Source: Lingula anatina (taxonomy: Eukaryota; Animalia; Brachiopoda). From it: DNA of 64,000 nt. Positions 52,924-64,000 of the stretch are shown here, piece by piece. Position 1 is the first letter of the stretch, and each line of letters begins with the position of its first letter. The stretch spans positions 42,944,788-43,008,787 of the forward strand of contig CM120640.1 in the NCBI GenBank assembly GCA_051362555.1, in the 5' to 3' direction. Under the pieces are notes generated by a model. That model ran no database searches. It was not told the DNA's origin and worked only from the letters and a program-made list of their open reading frames with translations. A program made the translations under genes and the position numbers.

Positions 52924-54075
52924 GTATGAATTTCACGCCACATTAGATAACGCGCGAAAGCATGCGCAGAAGTGTGATGGGGGAGGAGATCTCCGAGTCA
53001 AAAGGTACTTGAGGTCATTGCCTGCAAACGAGGAGGCAAAGCTGACTGAGGACAAGGTTGAACTCCGGACTGGCTGAAACACAACACACTGAGAAAAGCA
53101 GAGATTGAGCGACCACTTCGGTTTTAATACGTCGTGATAAACGGAACGTAGGCCTACCTATAACCACAATAGTGACGCTTCCAATTTTAAAGATGTCTGG
53201 GAAATTCGAAGAGGTTTTAGAAAAAGTCGGTAAGTAAAGCATGTCCATAACTTCCCTGGCCAGTGAAAAAAGAGAAAAACAAACAAATATAGATTGGCGG
53301 TTTACAATCATAAGCACAAAAAAGGCTTTTTAACAAAATGAAGAAAAACAAAGGAAGTTAGAAACATGCAATTAGATAATTTAAAGCTGAGATCGTTTTG
53401 TCCTGAGACTGTTAGATGACCACACGCAATAGTACAATTTACTCTCGTTTGTTTACTCCAATTCAATCAGCGTTAAACACTGCGTCGGTGACTTGTTGTA
53501 TTACCAGTGAGTTCTTGTCGAACGAATGGAATAACAACACTTGGTTCATTGTGCGTGATGCTGATCTTGTTCTCCATGAGACATACAATTGTACATCAAT
53601 CGCCACACCTTTGACCAGGGTGAAATTGCTTGATTTCTAGTTATTAAAGATAAACAAATACACCGTTTTCCAATTAATGTGGGTCGGGCGAAAGGATTTC
53701 TCAGGCTTGAACAGAACGAAATTAATACTGACTGAATGAACTCTGCTCGATCAGCATATATATAGTGCAGCACGTGGCGCATGAGGGGCGGGGTTGTTAT
53801 ATATTGTCTCTCAATAAAATCCTCGGTGCTTTATGCAAATCTTATCATACATTGGGTGGAGGTGGGGTCTTATTGTACTTATCAATAAAACGACGAAATA
53901 TTGATATCAGCAACGCATTTCCATTAAAAAAAAACACACGTTATGTCAAGGTCAACAGGTGTATGCTCGCCTTGTACACTGATAAGCAAGAGCATAAGTC
54001 CAGTTAACGGTACACTAAATATTTTCATTGGCCTTTTTTCCCTCTAATACATGCATTTTATTCAAATAGTGGTAA
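52924..54075. repeat. Duplicated module, copy A
   Basis: Colinear similarity with 58255-59490 and 63535-64000 (CACGCCA...GCAGAAGTG...AACGAGG...GCAGAG.TTGAG...CGTGATA..CGG...ATG.CTGGGAAATTC.AAGAGGTTTTAGAAAAAG..GGTAAG). Confidence 0.85.
53193..53229 (+). CDS. Candidate first coding exon A (MSGKFEEVLEKV+G), SLC22/MFS-transporter-like N-terminus
   Basis: AAG-ATG start, 37 nt, donor G|GTAAGT; conserved in three copies. Family guess rests on 12 residues only. Confidence 0.5.
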
Positions 54076-54164
54076 GTCCTCACTATAACCGTCCCATTTA
54101 AAGCTCATTCCCAATCAAACTATCGTTTTATGTAGATCCAAATCCGCGTGGACTCTCGCTGAAT

Positions 54165-54283
54165 GCAATCAGATTAACTCACCTCCTCTTGACTTTGAGT
54201 GGAATACAGAAAAGCTGGTGGCTTTACGAGCACTAAGTACGCTGGATACAAGAGGAGGCGCGATAATCTATTAATCTGATTGC
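54165..54283. repeat. Interrupted inverted repeat (hairpin/MITE remnant)
   Basis: GCAATCAGATTAA...CCTCCTCTTG pairs with CAAGAGGAGG...TTAATCTGATTGC. Confidence 0.7.
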
Positions 54284-55092
54284 GTCAATGCAAGACACCC
54301 TTCAACAAGCGAGAACCGTAAGCAGGTGTGTGGCATGATGAAGCCTGCAATTTCCCTCCAAGGCAACTCTTGCAAATACTGTGAGATACATGTATATTTT
54401 GAGAATCTAATGGTAAATGGTCCCATCCAACACAACAGAGGGCTCAGAGCTGGTCATGCATCATTGAAATGGTAGGAGGTTGGGGAATTGTCCGATAAAG
54501 GGGGAGTGCCCTAGAATCTCCATATACTTACTCCATTACTCCAAGTAACAACCCTGCGGTTCTACTATCCTGTCACACCGGTTTTGGCGGCAGACAAGGA
54601 GTGCTCTGTTTTGATGAGTGCGTAACGACCTTGTGGCCTGTTGACAGCACAAACGCTCAACACAAAAGAACCACCCATATATAATTTGTTAAATGATCAA
54701 GAATTTTGTATAAATGTATATTTTATTCATACTTTTTGCACCAGACTGACCTGGCGAAAAAGTAGCAGAGTAAATACTGACACACCCTAGACTATCAGTT
54801 ACACATCCACTGGATCTACTTATCCAACTTTTTACTGTATAGATATACCGGGGGTAGACCTTTGTCGTGAGAGTAGTTGTTTTTAAACGCTAGGGCTTAC
54901 TAGAAGAGTGGCCGAGGTATATTTAGCCAAAAATATTTTCAGTCTTAGTTGAGTTTTTCATTATGAATGAAATTTGTCGTTGTTTAGATGCATGGTTTTA
55001 CTGTATTAACGCACTCTGGGTAATGTCTTAGGGTAAAATGCGGCGACAACAATATCGATGGTTCAATTATCAGGACTGACCATTACACCCCA

Positions 55093-55288
55093 TTTCCATA
55101 GATTTTTAGATCGATCTATCCCTGTGGGGAGTCTCACTAGATTACTGTCAGCTTGGCCGGGTTAAGCGTCTGTCCCGCCTACTAAAGGCTGTAAGGGGGT
55201 AATTAACTATGGTGCCCGCTCGACTGACTGCAATTTAGCGTGAACCCCCAGGGAGTTAGGTCGATCTAAAACTTAATCTCTGGGAAAG
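55093..55288. mobile_element. MITE with ~27-bp imperfect TIRs; partial relative at ~36143-36240
   Basis: TTTCCATAGATTTTTAGATCGATCTA versus reverse complement of the right end TTTCCCAGAGATTAAGTTTTAGATCGACCTA; GATCGATCTATC...GAGTCTCACTA shared with 36143-36240. Confidence 0.6.
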
Positions 55289-56874
55289 CACCCTTAGGTA
55301 TAGAGTGGGCTGGTTCGACTCGGGCTCAGGAGTACAGTGAGCAACTTGTGAAAGCCCGCTTGGTAGTTTGACCAAGTGTCTCAAGCAACAGCGACAGAAT
55401 GAAGAATATGATTTTTGTGATCAAAGCGCACGGGTTTTTTTATACTGGTTTGACCATCACCCATGTGATGACCAATACCCGTGTCTAATTTTCTAGTCTA
55501 ATTTGGTTGTCATTATTCTTGGACTCATTTTTATAGATTGTTTTTTTCTATGTTGTTGAACCATACTTTCCTGAAATATCTTATATGTACGTCGACCGTA
55601 GCTTCACCTTACAACTCAACAATTTTTCTATTATTATTTACACGCCTGTAGCATCCAGGCTACAGTTTACGGGTGTTCTTGGAGATTACATCATTAAATA
55701 AACAATTAGCGTTGCAAAACAAATTCTTCCCGTGTACTGAATGCGTAGAGATCTTCATAGCAGATGTACCGTAGGTATGATGTTTTCACATTATTTTCAA
55801 TTGTTTCATTATCTTCCCTTTTCCTTAAGAGTTTAATTATGGGTTCTTTTGATTAGGTATTGGTGAAATAGGCATAAATAAAATCATAACAACATGTCGA
55901 TTACCAGGATTACATCAAATGTGTTAAGATATGTACGTTGCCAAATAAGTCCGTCTTATATGTTTGTTCTTCTGAATAACTGCTCCATTTAACTCCGTTT
56001 TTACTACAAGTACGACCTATGCACTGACGTACAGAATAGAATAGGCTTATTATTTTAGTATTGTGATAAGGGTAGGTCTATGCCTCCGGCCCCGTGGACC
56101 TATTTATCGCCATACGTCATATTTTTGAAGGTGAACAGTTTATAGTAAAATAAAAATAACAATGAAAATAGATATGACAGGTCGACTGTGAATTAAGTAA
56201 ATAATTACGGTCAGTATATTACTGACTTCAAACAAGCGTTTGTGACACGAGTTTGCTCACGTTAAATGCCATTTCATTTTGAAGAACAGGTCTCTTTTCT
56301 TCTTTATTTCGAAGGCTGATCTTGAGAATAACTGGCCTAGTGATTCGTGACGGTTTACCCTCTGCCAGGGTCACAGATTGATTTTTTTTGCTAGATGTTA
56401 CAGATATGTCTCTTGCTAATTCATGCCACTTTTCACCACTGTGAAAGATAAGTGCACTTAATAAATGTGCGGTGCTGGCGGTACGTGTTGGTTATAAGCA
56501 GATTATGAACAATCTCTTTACCAAGGGTGCTTATGAGATTGGCTGCTACTTCTGCTACTCACTTGCCCACCTTCGGGTAGGATTAATGAGCACATTCATA
56601 TACTGGTATATACTGGCATGTATAGGTTTACATGAGTATCTGTTGATGATTTGTTGAAACTGTTCTAAACGATATTTTAAGCTGAAATAAAGGCCATTGA
56701 ATACTGGTTTATTAATGTTTGTCACATTTTACTTTAAAGTCTCATTTAAGACTGACCGATGTTTTTATACGAAATAGAATTTAAAATTAAAAATCCGTAG
56801 CTGTTATAAAAATTATTGACACCTCGTTGTCGTCAACATGATTATTGGTCGCGTTTTTCTCACCATAACTGGTT

Positions 56875-57045
56875 CAGGCCCGTAGCCAAGGGGGTTCGGG
56901 AGGGTTCAAAAGACCCCCCCTTCCTTTTGCTGGGAAAAGGTCCCTTCTGGGTAAAATTTTATCTAGGTACATGAAGGTTTTATGGTAAAAGGGCCACTTT
57001 TTCAGAAAAAGAACCCCCCTTTTGAAATTGCTGGCTACGGGCCTG
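56875..57045. mobile_element. MITE, CAGGCCCGTAGCCA TIR family
   Basis: 14-bp perfect TIR with an exact 5-bp target duplication TGGTT; a related right end CTGGCTACGTGCCTG at ~60665-60680. Confidence 0.88.
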
Positions 57046-57699
57046 TGGTTGTGGGTTGCGTAACTTCTATCTTGTCAATTCTCTCTTGCATCTCTTTCAT
57101 TGATGCTAGCATAGAATATATCTTGGATCCTAGATTCTAGAAACAGCAGGATTATCTGACCCACATCTCCGACATTTTTATTTTGATTTTGAATTAAGCT
57201 AATCGGAAAGTAGCTTAGTTCAGTTAGTAACTGGGTTAGATTTGGATCTGGCCTGTGACATTTACTAGTACAGTTGTTTATCATTCAGTGATGTTAAGAG
57301 ACCAGCAATGCGGGCTGATTTTCTATTTATGTCAAGGGTTTTATGTCAAGCGCCTTTGTTTTGATATCATGTTAATTAGAACTTCCTCTTTAAATCGATC
57401 TAACTTGGAGTCACACATTTTCTTATATGTTTATTTAATAAGATAAAATTTCATTATACTACCTTTGCAATATATATTGAATATATTGAATGCACACATA
57501 GAAATGATTAGAACACATACATAAATTATGAATCTCGCACATTACCAGTTTGCGATATACATGCATGCCTGGTTTTCATTATTATGGATCTTGTCAATCC
57601 TAATTCGCCCTCATTTGCTAGAAATGAAGCAATACAGAGTTATCATTCTCAATGACCAGCACTTCCATCGTCTTTTCACCTACTTCAGCTTTTTTTTAT

Positions 57700-57815
57700 G
57701 CCGGGTGCATAGCAAGGAGACGACAGGTACCACAGGTACCATTTTTAAAATAGTTTTTACGACCCGGTCATGGTGGTCGAACCTATGACCTCCTCCATTA
57801 GAGCCATCCGGTCCA
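57700..57815 (-). mobile_element. Degenerate tRNA-derived SINE fragment
   Basis: Minus-strand B-box-like GGTTCGACC within GGAGGTCATAGGTTCGACCACCATGACCGGGTC...AAAATGGTACC, a layout typical of invertebrate SINEs. Confidence 0.45.
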
Positions 57816-58254
57816 GTTCTTCGTGATGTCTTGTTTTTCATTAAGTTCTGTCACTACCGTGATAACTTTGTCTAGTTAAACCGATAACACAGTAACTGTG
57901 TTTATTGCTTCATTCATTTTTTTTGCGATTGCTTTGTTTCCGAAGGGGAAAACGCAAACGCTCGCAACACTGGATACGAAATTGGCTCCTCCTCTTCCTT
58001 TGTATGCTTCATGGTTGAGGACTCTATTTGTTTCATTCAGGCATTCACTCGTCGTTTTATTTTCGGGCGGGCTCTCTTTCTGAACCCCCCTTTCGATTGA
58101 TTCGATGTACGCTCCCTATCCCTTCCTCCACTCCCCTTACTTTTTCATTTGACCTTTTTATATGTAGTGTTTTCAGTAAAACCTTCGAAGATAATTGAGC
58201 GTATTGCTGTACATGAGCTAGTATAGTATACAGGTACATGTGAGTAGGAACCGC

Positions 58255-59490
58255 ACGCCACATTAGACAACGGCCGAGATACATGCGCAGAAGTGATTTG
58301 TGGGAGTTTCTCACCAGCATAACGTATTGTGGGGGCTGTTTTCGTAACGAGGAGGTAACTGTATGTGTGTAAGTTAGGACGGACCCCTCAGGACAGGGCA
58401 AAACACACCGAACGTCTGGATAGGCAGAGGTTGAGCGAGATTTGCTTCGGTTTCCACACGTCGTGATATACGGAGCGTAACTAATCAAGAGATCTGCCCA
58501 ATAATTATATAACAAAGCGTCCAAGTTAAAAGATGTCTGGGAAATTCCAAGAGGTTTTAGAAAAAGTTGGTAAGTGAAGCACGTCCATTACTTCTGTGGT
58601 CAGTGAGATCATAGAATAAGAAATCTAGACAGACTGCACAACGACTGCACGGCGGTGTACAATATGTACAATAACAAGTTTTTCGAATAGATGGTATAAA
58701 TATAACGAAATGCTGAAACAAAAAAGTTAATCCTATGCTGTTAGGTGGTATAATTAAACGCCGATATAATTTTGTCTGTTACATGAACACACGCAATACA
58801 ATACGGTTCATTCAGTTTAAACCTTTGCCGGTGACCTGGTTGTATAAGCTGTGAGGCCATATTAACGCGCCATCTGTCGAAAGAAATGTGAATAACAACA
58901 AAAAATCCCTTAGCGTTGTGCCAATCATGTCTCATTCAGTCATCAATTGTCACACCTACCAGTGTGAAAATGGTTGAAAGAAAAGTCAAAAGATTTATAG
59001 CTTGTAAAGCTTAACGAATACATGCACTGCCTTCCTATTCGTGTGGTTCGGCAAAAGAAATTTTTAAGATAGAACAGTAGTATTACAAAAAAATGACCAA
59101 ATAGGCAGGAGCAGCATAAATATATTCATTGAGCAGCACGTGGTGCAACAGGGGCGGGGTTATGTTATATTGTCTGTCAATCAAATCCCCGATGCTCTAG
59201 CAAATCTTAACATATACATGCATTTGGAGGGGGGGGGGGGCAAATACTTTGTTATACATAGCACTAAAATACTGAAATATTGGTGTCAATACAAGTGTAA
59301 TTACACTAAAAACACGCACATATACATGTACGTTATACCTTGGCACTGTATATGTGCAGGTCAATAGGCGTACGCTTACCTTAGGCTAAGTTCGTCAAGG
59401 AATTCGGTAGAACTAACTCAACTAACTACACTAAATATTTCATTTGACTTTTGCCCTCTAAAATATTCAAATAGTGGCGAGTCTTCATAA
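58255..59490. repeat. Duplicated module, copy B
   Basis: Same blocks as copy A, offset 5340 nt at the ATG. Confidence 0.85.
58533..58569 (+). CDS. Candidate first coding exon B (MSGKFQEVLEKV+G)
   Basis: AAG-ATG, 37 nt, donor G|GTAAGT; 35/37 identical to exon A. Confidence 0.5.
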
Positions 59491-60252
59491 TCGTGACACT
59501 TAGGCTAACTGTCCTTATAAACCACTCGCAAGCACAGACTCTGGTACACTTTACAGTCGTGAAGCGCCATGCCGATAGGCGTCGGCGACCATGAGCCTCC
59601 GTTTTCTCTCTCTCTGGAGTAATTTCTAGGGTTTCGTCGAAGGTCCGACCCAGGTTGTTACGCCGCCTAGTATCTTTTCTCTTTGTCTACTTCTGCTCCT
59701 TTGCCTAAAATCTTTCCTGTGGTTATGATGGCTTCCAGGTTGTCTTTTTTATGCAGTGTCCGATAAAAGTGTTTTGTCTATGTTATTGTACTTACAAGTC
59801 ATCCGGTGGTTTCTGAAAGATGGAGTAGGCCTACATGTAACATGAAAATACTTTCAAACAAATACAATGTATGTAAGCCTGCTAGTAAGACGTTAAATAG
59901 TTTTTGGGTAACTATGCCTTTGTCTCTCAACTGTAAAACTATATCTGCACTTCACTAACACTTTATTAAATCTTTGATGAACATTGATTGATTCATGGGA
60001 TAAATGTTAAAATAGTTATTGTTAATTATGTCTATACAATACTATACTAATTTAAGATAATTGGATTTGAATGACGCACTAGTAGTTGTTTCTATCTTAA
60101 TTCTTGTCATGGCAAAGGGCTGATGCGCAACACTGAACCAAGGAACTCTGTCCGGATTGCAAATTATTTTTAAAATAAAACCTTGATCCACTTAGAATTA
60201 TGCGTATTACACCATAAAACTACGTTATCTAATATATCCACAAATTGTCAAC

Positions 60253-60350
60253 AGACAGTCAACACTCCCGATCTCGTGGGGAGTCTCCCGATTTGGGGAG
60301 ATATCTCCCGAACTCCCGCTTCAGACTTGAAATTTCCCGATCTATCACGA
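60253..60350. mobile_element. hAT-like transposon end remnant with CTCCCG(A) sub-terminal repeats
   Basis: Five TCCCG(A) repeats after CAGACAGTCAAC; no partner end found. Confidence 0.45.
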
Positions 60351-63300
60351 AATAATAGTGCCGTCACGTAATTCCTTTCTCAGTATACTGATTGAAGTTA
60401 GTAATATGCAGTTAACGATGAGAAGAAAATGCCGAAATAAAAACCACGTCGGGTCTTGGTGTGAGTAAGCCCAACCATCATTTAAAGCGCCGCTGCCTAG
60501 AAAGCATTTTTGTAATAACAACTTTTACAAGTAAACCTCTTCAGTTAACATTTAAATGAAGATCTTACCCCCCCCCCTCCGTCTTTGTTCGCCTTACTTG
60601 AAAAATGTCACAGTACCTACATGTAGATCAAATTTTGATTCAGAGCGGACCTTCTTCCAAACCCCTGGCTACGTGCCTGGTTATCATAATACTTTCGATA
60701 CATATCTTTTGATAAAACTCAATACAACTGTTGCATTGTGGGTTCTTAACCCGAAATGACCTCACAAAGCGGGAGGCCCCTTGAATAAAATGTGAAAGAA
60801 GTTCTAAAACGTCGAAAGGTAAATTCATGGATAAAAATTAGTAATTTTGTCCATAGTAAAATTTACATTTTCCAGTTCAAGAAGAGTTTGAAGAGTGGCT
60901 CGAGCACAATAGTTTTATTTAAAAGACTGGTAAATTTGTAGGTATTGTAGACGCTCAGAGGGTGGGAAATGAGGCTCACATCATAATTGTAACCACTACT
61001 TGAGGTGTGCAAGCAGCTGCGCTACATGTATCCCCGATGACAGCGCCACGATGGAGACTAAAATATCGAAGTGCGAAATTAACTTGTTTCAACTGTCGAT
61101 TAAAACGGGCTGTTACTATGACTAGGTTATAAAACAGCTGATAAAATTCTTAACAAGATATATTATCAATATTGTACATTAATGTCAAATACTGAAAGAC
61201 TAATAATTAGAAATGTAAAGACGTATTTCGAGTCAATTAAAAAAAAACGACCAAGTATAACCATATAAACTGACAGTCAATGAAAATGCATCAGGAAACT
61301 TTCTTGTACTTTTTAACCGAGAATCGATTCCAACCATATAAACGAATACAAGTGCACTTGTTTGGGCTGACCACTCGGATATTTAAAATTTCTGCTTCAG
61401 TGATTTTGTGGTCAGCTGTTACAAAATCATGTGTTTTTCCTGTCTCGTGATTGGTGTGAATTAATCAGGTTCAATATATGGTGATAAATTAAGCCTATTT
61501 AAGGTAGTCACCAAATCCAGTGTGACACATGACAAAAAGGTTCAGTGATGACACGTCTGACACTGGAAGAGCGACTGCGGGCCCTGGGGATGCTGGAGGC
61601 TGGGCGGAACCAAAGAGATTTGATCACGTGACCTTGCATTTTAATGATATTTTCTGACCTTTATTTCACCTTGTGTGACTGAATAAGGGGTCATATTTCA
61701 CACGAAAGCTGTTATTTTCTTAAGGAACTTAAAGTATAATTTGATAAATAAATGATGCGTTTTCATTGACTGTCAGTATAGTTTCAAATAGTATTACTGA
61801 GAGAAATACTAAAAAACATCGTTTCATATTTCACAAAAAAAAAAAAAAAATATTTGAACGGACATTTTTTGTTTTCTTTATGTGGTGTATATATATCCTT
61901 CAGCGCTCTCATTTGTATATAACAAGTATGCGAGCGGCTTTATCCAAACATGGGAGTGAGGGTGATGATTTTGCAATGCGAGCGCAGTTCTACATCATTT
62001 AGCGGAAAATTTGGGGGGTTTTGGGGTAAGCGAGGGATTAATTTTGTTAATGAATTGGCATGTCAACTTTATTTTAGTCATACATGTATAAAAAACTAGC
62101 ATAAGTGGTTTATAATTGTAGCTAGGAATCCTCGCTCGATTTATATGTAACTTCAATGAATTACTTGGCCGATTTGATTAACTTTCATAATTTTACGTAG
62201 TATTTTATGTAGTACTTGAATATAGCAAACTACTAATTCATTTCTTAAAGAAATGAGGAATTTCTTTCCAGTACGTTGAAAAAATGGCTTTATTGTATAA
62301 CTTCACCATCCTAATCATTTTAACAATTTAACAATGTAACAAATTGTTCCCTGTATATGAAATGTTATGGCCTTAGGGATATAAACACCTCTCTATCAAA
62401 TATTCAATAAGACTCATCATCCTAAAAATTATGATGTGACGAGTCAGCAAAGGTTATTATTTACAAACAATTTTGCACAAATTTCATTTGTTGGGTTGCA
62501 AAGGGCGAAAACATATAATCATTAGGCAGGGAAAGTAAAGCGCCTCCGAGAAAAGGGCTTTTTATTAGGAGTGGAGAAATGATGAGTTAGACAGGTGTTT
62601 TGAAGTGATAGTAGTTGAGGGGAGGGAGGAGGCGACAGATTTAATGGATAAGATTTCTTACCTTTCCTCTGACTCTTTTACTTTTTACTTCTCTTTCTTT
62701 GCGTTTGCTCACGTGCTGACACCTCGAAAAATGGAAATATTCTGCTCACTGGCCCTCTCCCGTGTTTATATCACGTGATATGAGCCAATGGTCTCATTGG
62801 CCGATAGGTCGAATTGATTGACACTAGCTGGTGTTGCATAAGTAGTACTCGCCACACATTGTAAAATCTCCCTGCTCGTTGGTGCCGGTGTAACAGGAAT
62901 GGACGTCCGTTAGGAACCGTAGTACGCTTCCCAGAGCTTTGTACAGGTGACATTCGTCCCATATGCTAACCGCAATACACCAACTAACCCTAACCTGTAC
63001 TAATCATATGGAAGCCCGGACTTTCATTCCTAGCTTCCATTCCAGTTAGCGTTACACCTGTCAATCTTTTGAGCGCCAGTTAAGGGAGACCCCGCATACG
63101 TTGGATTATAAACTAATTTATCCCATGCAAACGATAATTTTGTTTTTTATAATCTGCACATATCGACTAAAGAATAATTTGCTAGTTTGTGATTATATGA
63201 TTTTGGTATGGCGTAAGCGGGAGTCGTCTTATTCTAGTTGCAGTTTAGATGATGCGAAAACATAATCATTTAAGGTGGGGGAAGTGAACTGTACATGTAC

Positions 63301-63534
63301 ATATGCACTCTATTTATCCAACGAAGTGATTTACCTGATGGACAAATTGTTTGAATAATTTGTCCATGTTTACCCGATTATAGGATTGCATCATATGAGT
63401 GAAAATGTACACGCTGACAAAATAGTTACGTTTCAGATGTTTGTTCTACTGTCAACTGGTACATAAAACAGTTTTTGCAATGTGCACGGCTTATAATAAT
63501 TACGCAATGGCGTACGTGTCGGACTTACCTGTAT

Positions 63535-64000
63535 GAATGAATTTCACGCCAAGTTAAACATCACCCGAGAGCATAAGCAGAAGTGCGTTAGCGGAGGATA
63601 TCTCCAGCATTAGGTTGTTGTGTAACGAGGGGGTGTGTCTTACACAAGGCAGACGGGGCAAAGAAAAACATTTAACACTGGGGTTAGCAGAGGTTGAGTG
63701 TCATTTGATTCAGTTCATACGCCGTGATACACGGTTCGTAACTAATCAAGAGATCGGACCAATAACCGCACTCAAACGCTTGCAAGTAAAAAAATAGATG
63801 GCTGGGAAATTCGAAGAGGTTTTAGAAAAAGCTGGTAAGCGAAGCACGTCTTATAGTTCTCTGGTGAAAAAAAGAAAATAAGATATCTTGATAGCCTACT
63901 TAGATACTTAGGTACACGACGGATAACAATAATTAGAATAACACGTTTTTCGAAAATGGGGTCACGGAAACCACAGAAAGTAATTTTATGCTACTATATA
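63535..64000. repeat. Duplicated module, copy C (cut by window end)
   Basis: Same blocks as A and B, offset 5265 nt from B at the ATG. Confidence 0.85.
63798..63834 (+). CDS. Candidate first coding exon C (MAGKFEEVLEKA+G)
   Basis: ATGG start, 37 nt, donor G|GTAAGC; 34/37 identical to exon A. Confidence 0.5.

Noticed and set aside
53190-53250. Conserved cassette core as a microRNA precursor
   Set aside because: No fold-back pairing visible on either strand.
53015-58524. Minus-strand ORFs 53015-53317 and 58057-58524 across the cassettes as protein genes
   Set aside because: Frame not conserved: the MD.L.LPTFSKTS peptide stops after 20 codons in copy B and lacks its ATG in copy C.

Overview
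AT-rich, intron-containing animal DNA; gene content and repeat types suggest a marine invertebrate (inference). I rebuilt six genes by hand from GT-AG boundaries and codon phase. (1) SHOC2, minus strand, 13 coding exons, running off the window start. (2) A 1431-aa ARM-repeat protein with a C-terminal TIR domain, minus strand. (3) A 281-aa single-pass membrane protein with a C-terminal alpha/beta (possibly TIR/SEFIR-like) domain, plus strand; the ORF track shows it only in pieces. (4) A 352-aa IFI44-like P-loop GTPase with a hydrophobic tail, plus strand. (5, 6) Two convergent Ly6/quiver-type three-finger protein genes; one has a young 5'-truncated Rex1/Babar-like LINE in intron 1. Genes 2-4 each have NF-kB and/or IRF-type motifs near their starts and look like a compact innate-immune cluster. 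The last 11 kb holds three copies of a module spaced ~5.3 kb apart. Each has a promoter-like block and a 37-nt ATG exon (MSGKFEEVLEKV..., SLC22/MFS-like), and the two complete copies also have a convergent antisense TATA+Inr promoter; no downstream coding exons were found between copies. Several MITEs, Helentron/HINE-like elements and microsatellites are present. No rRNA, tRNA or CRISPR array was seen.
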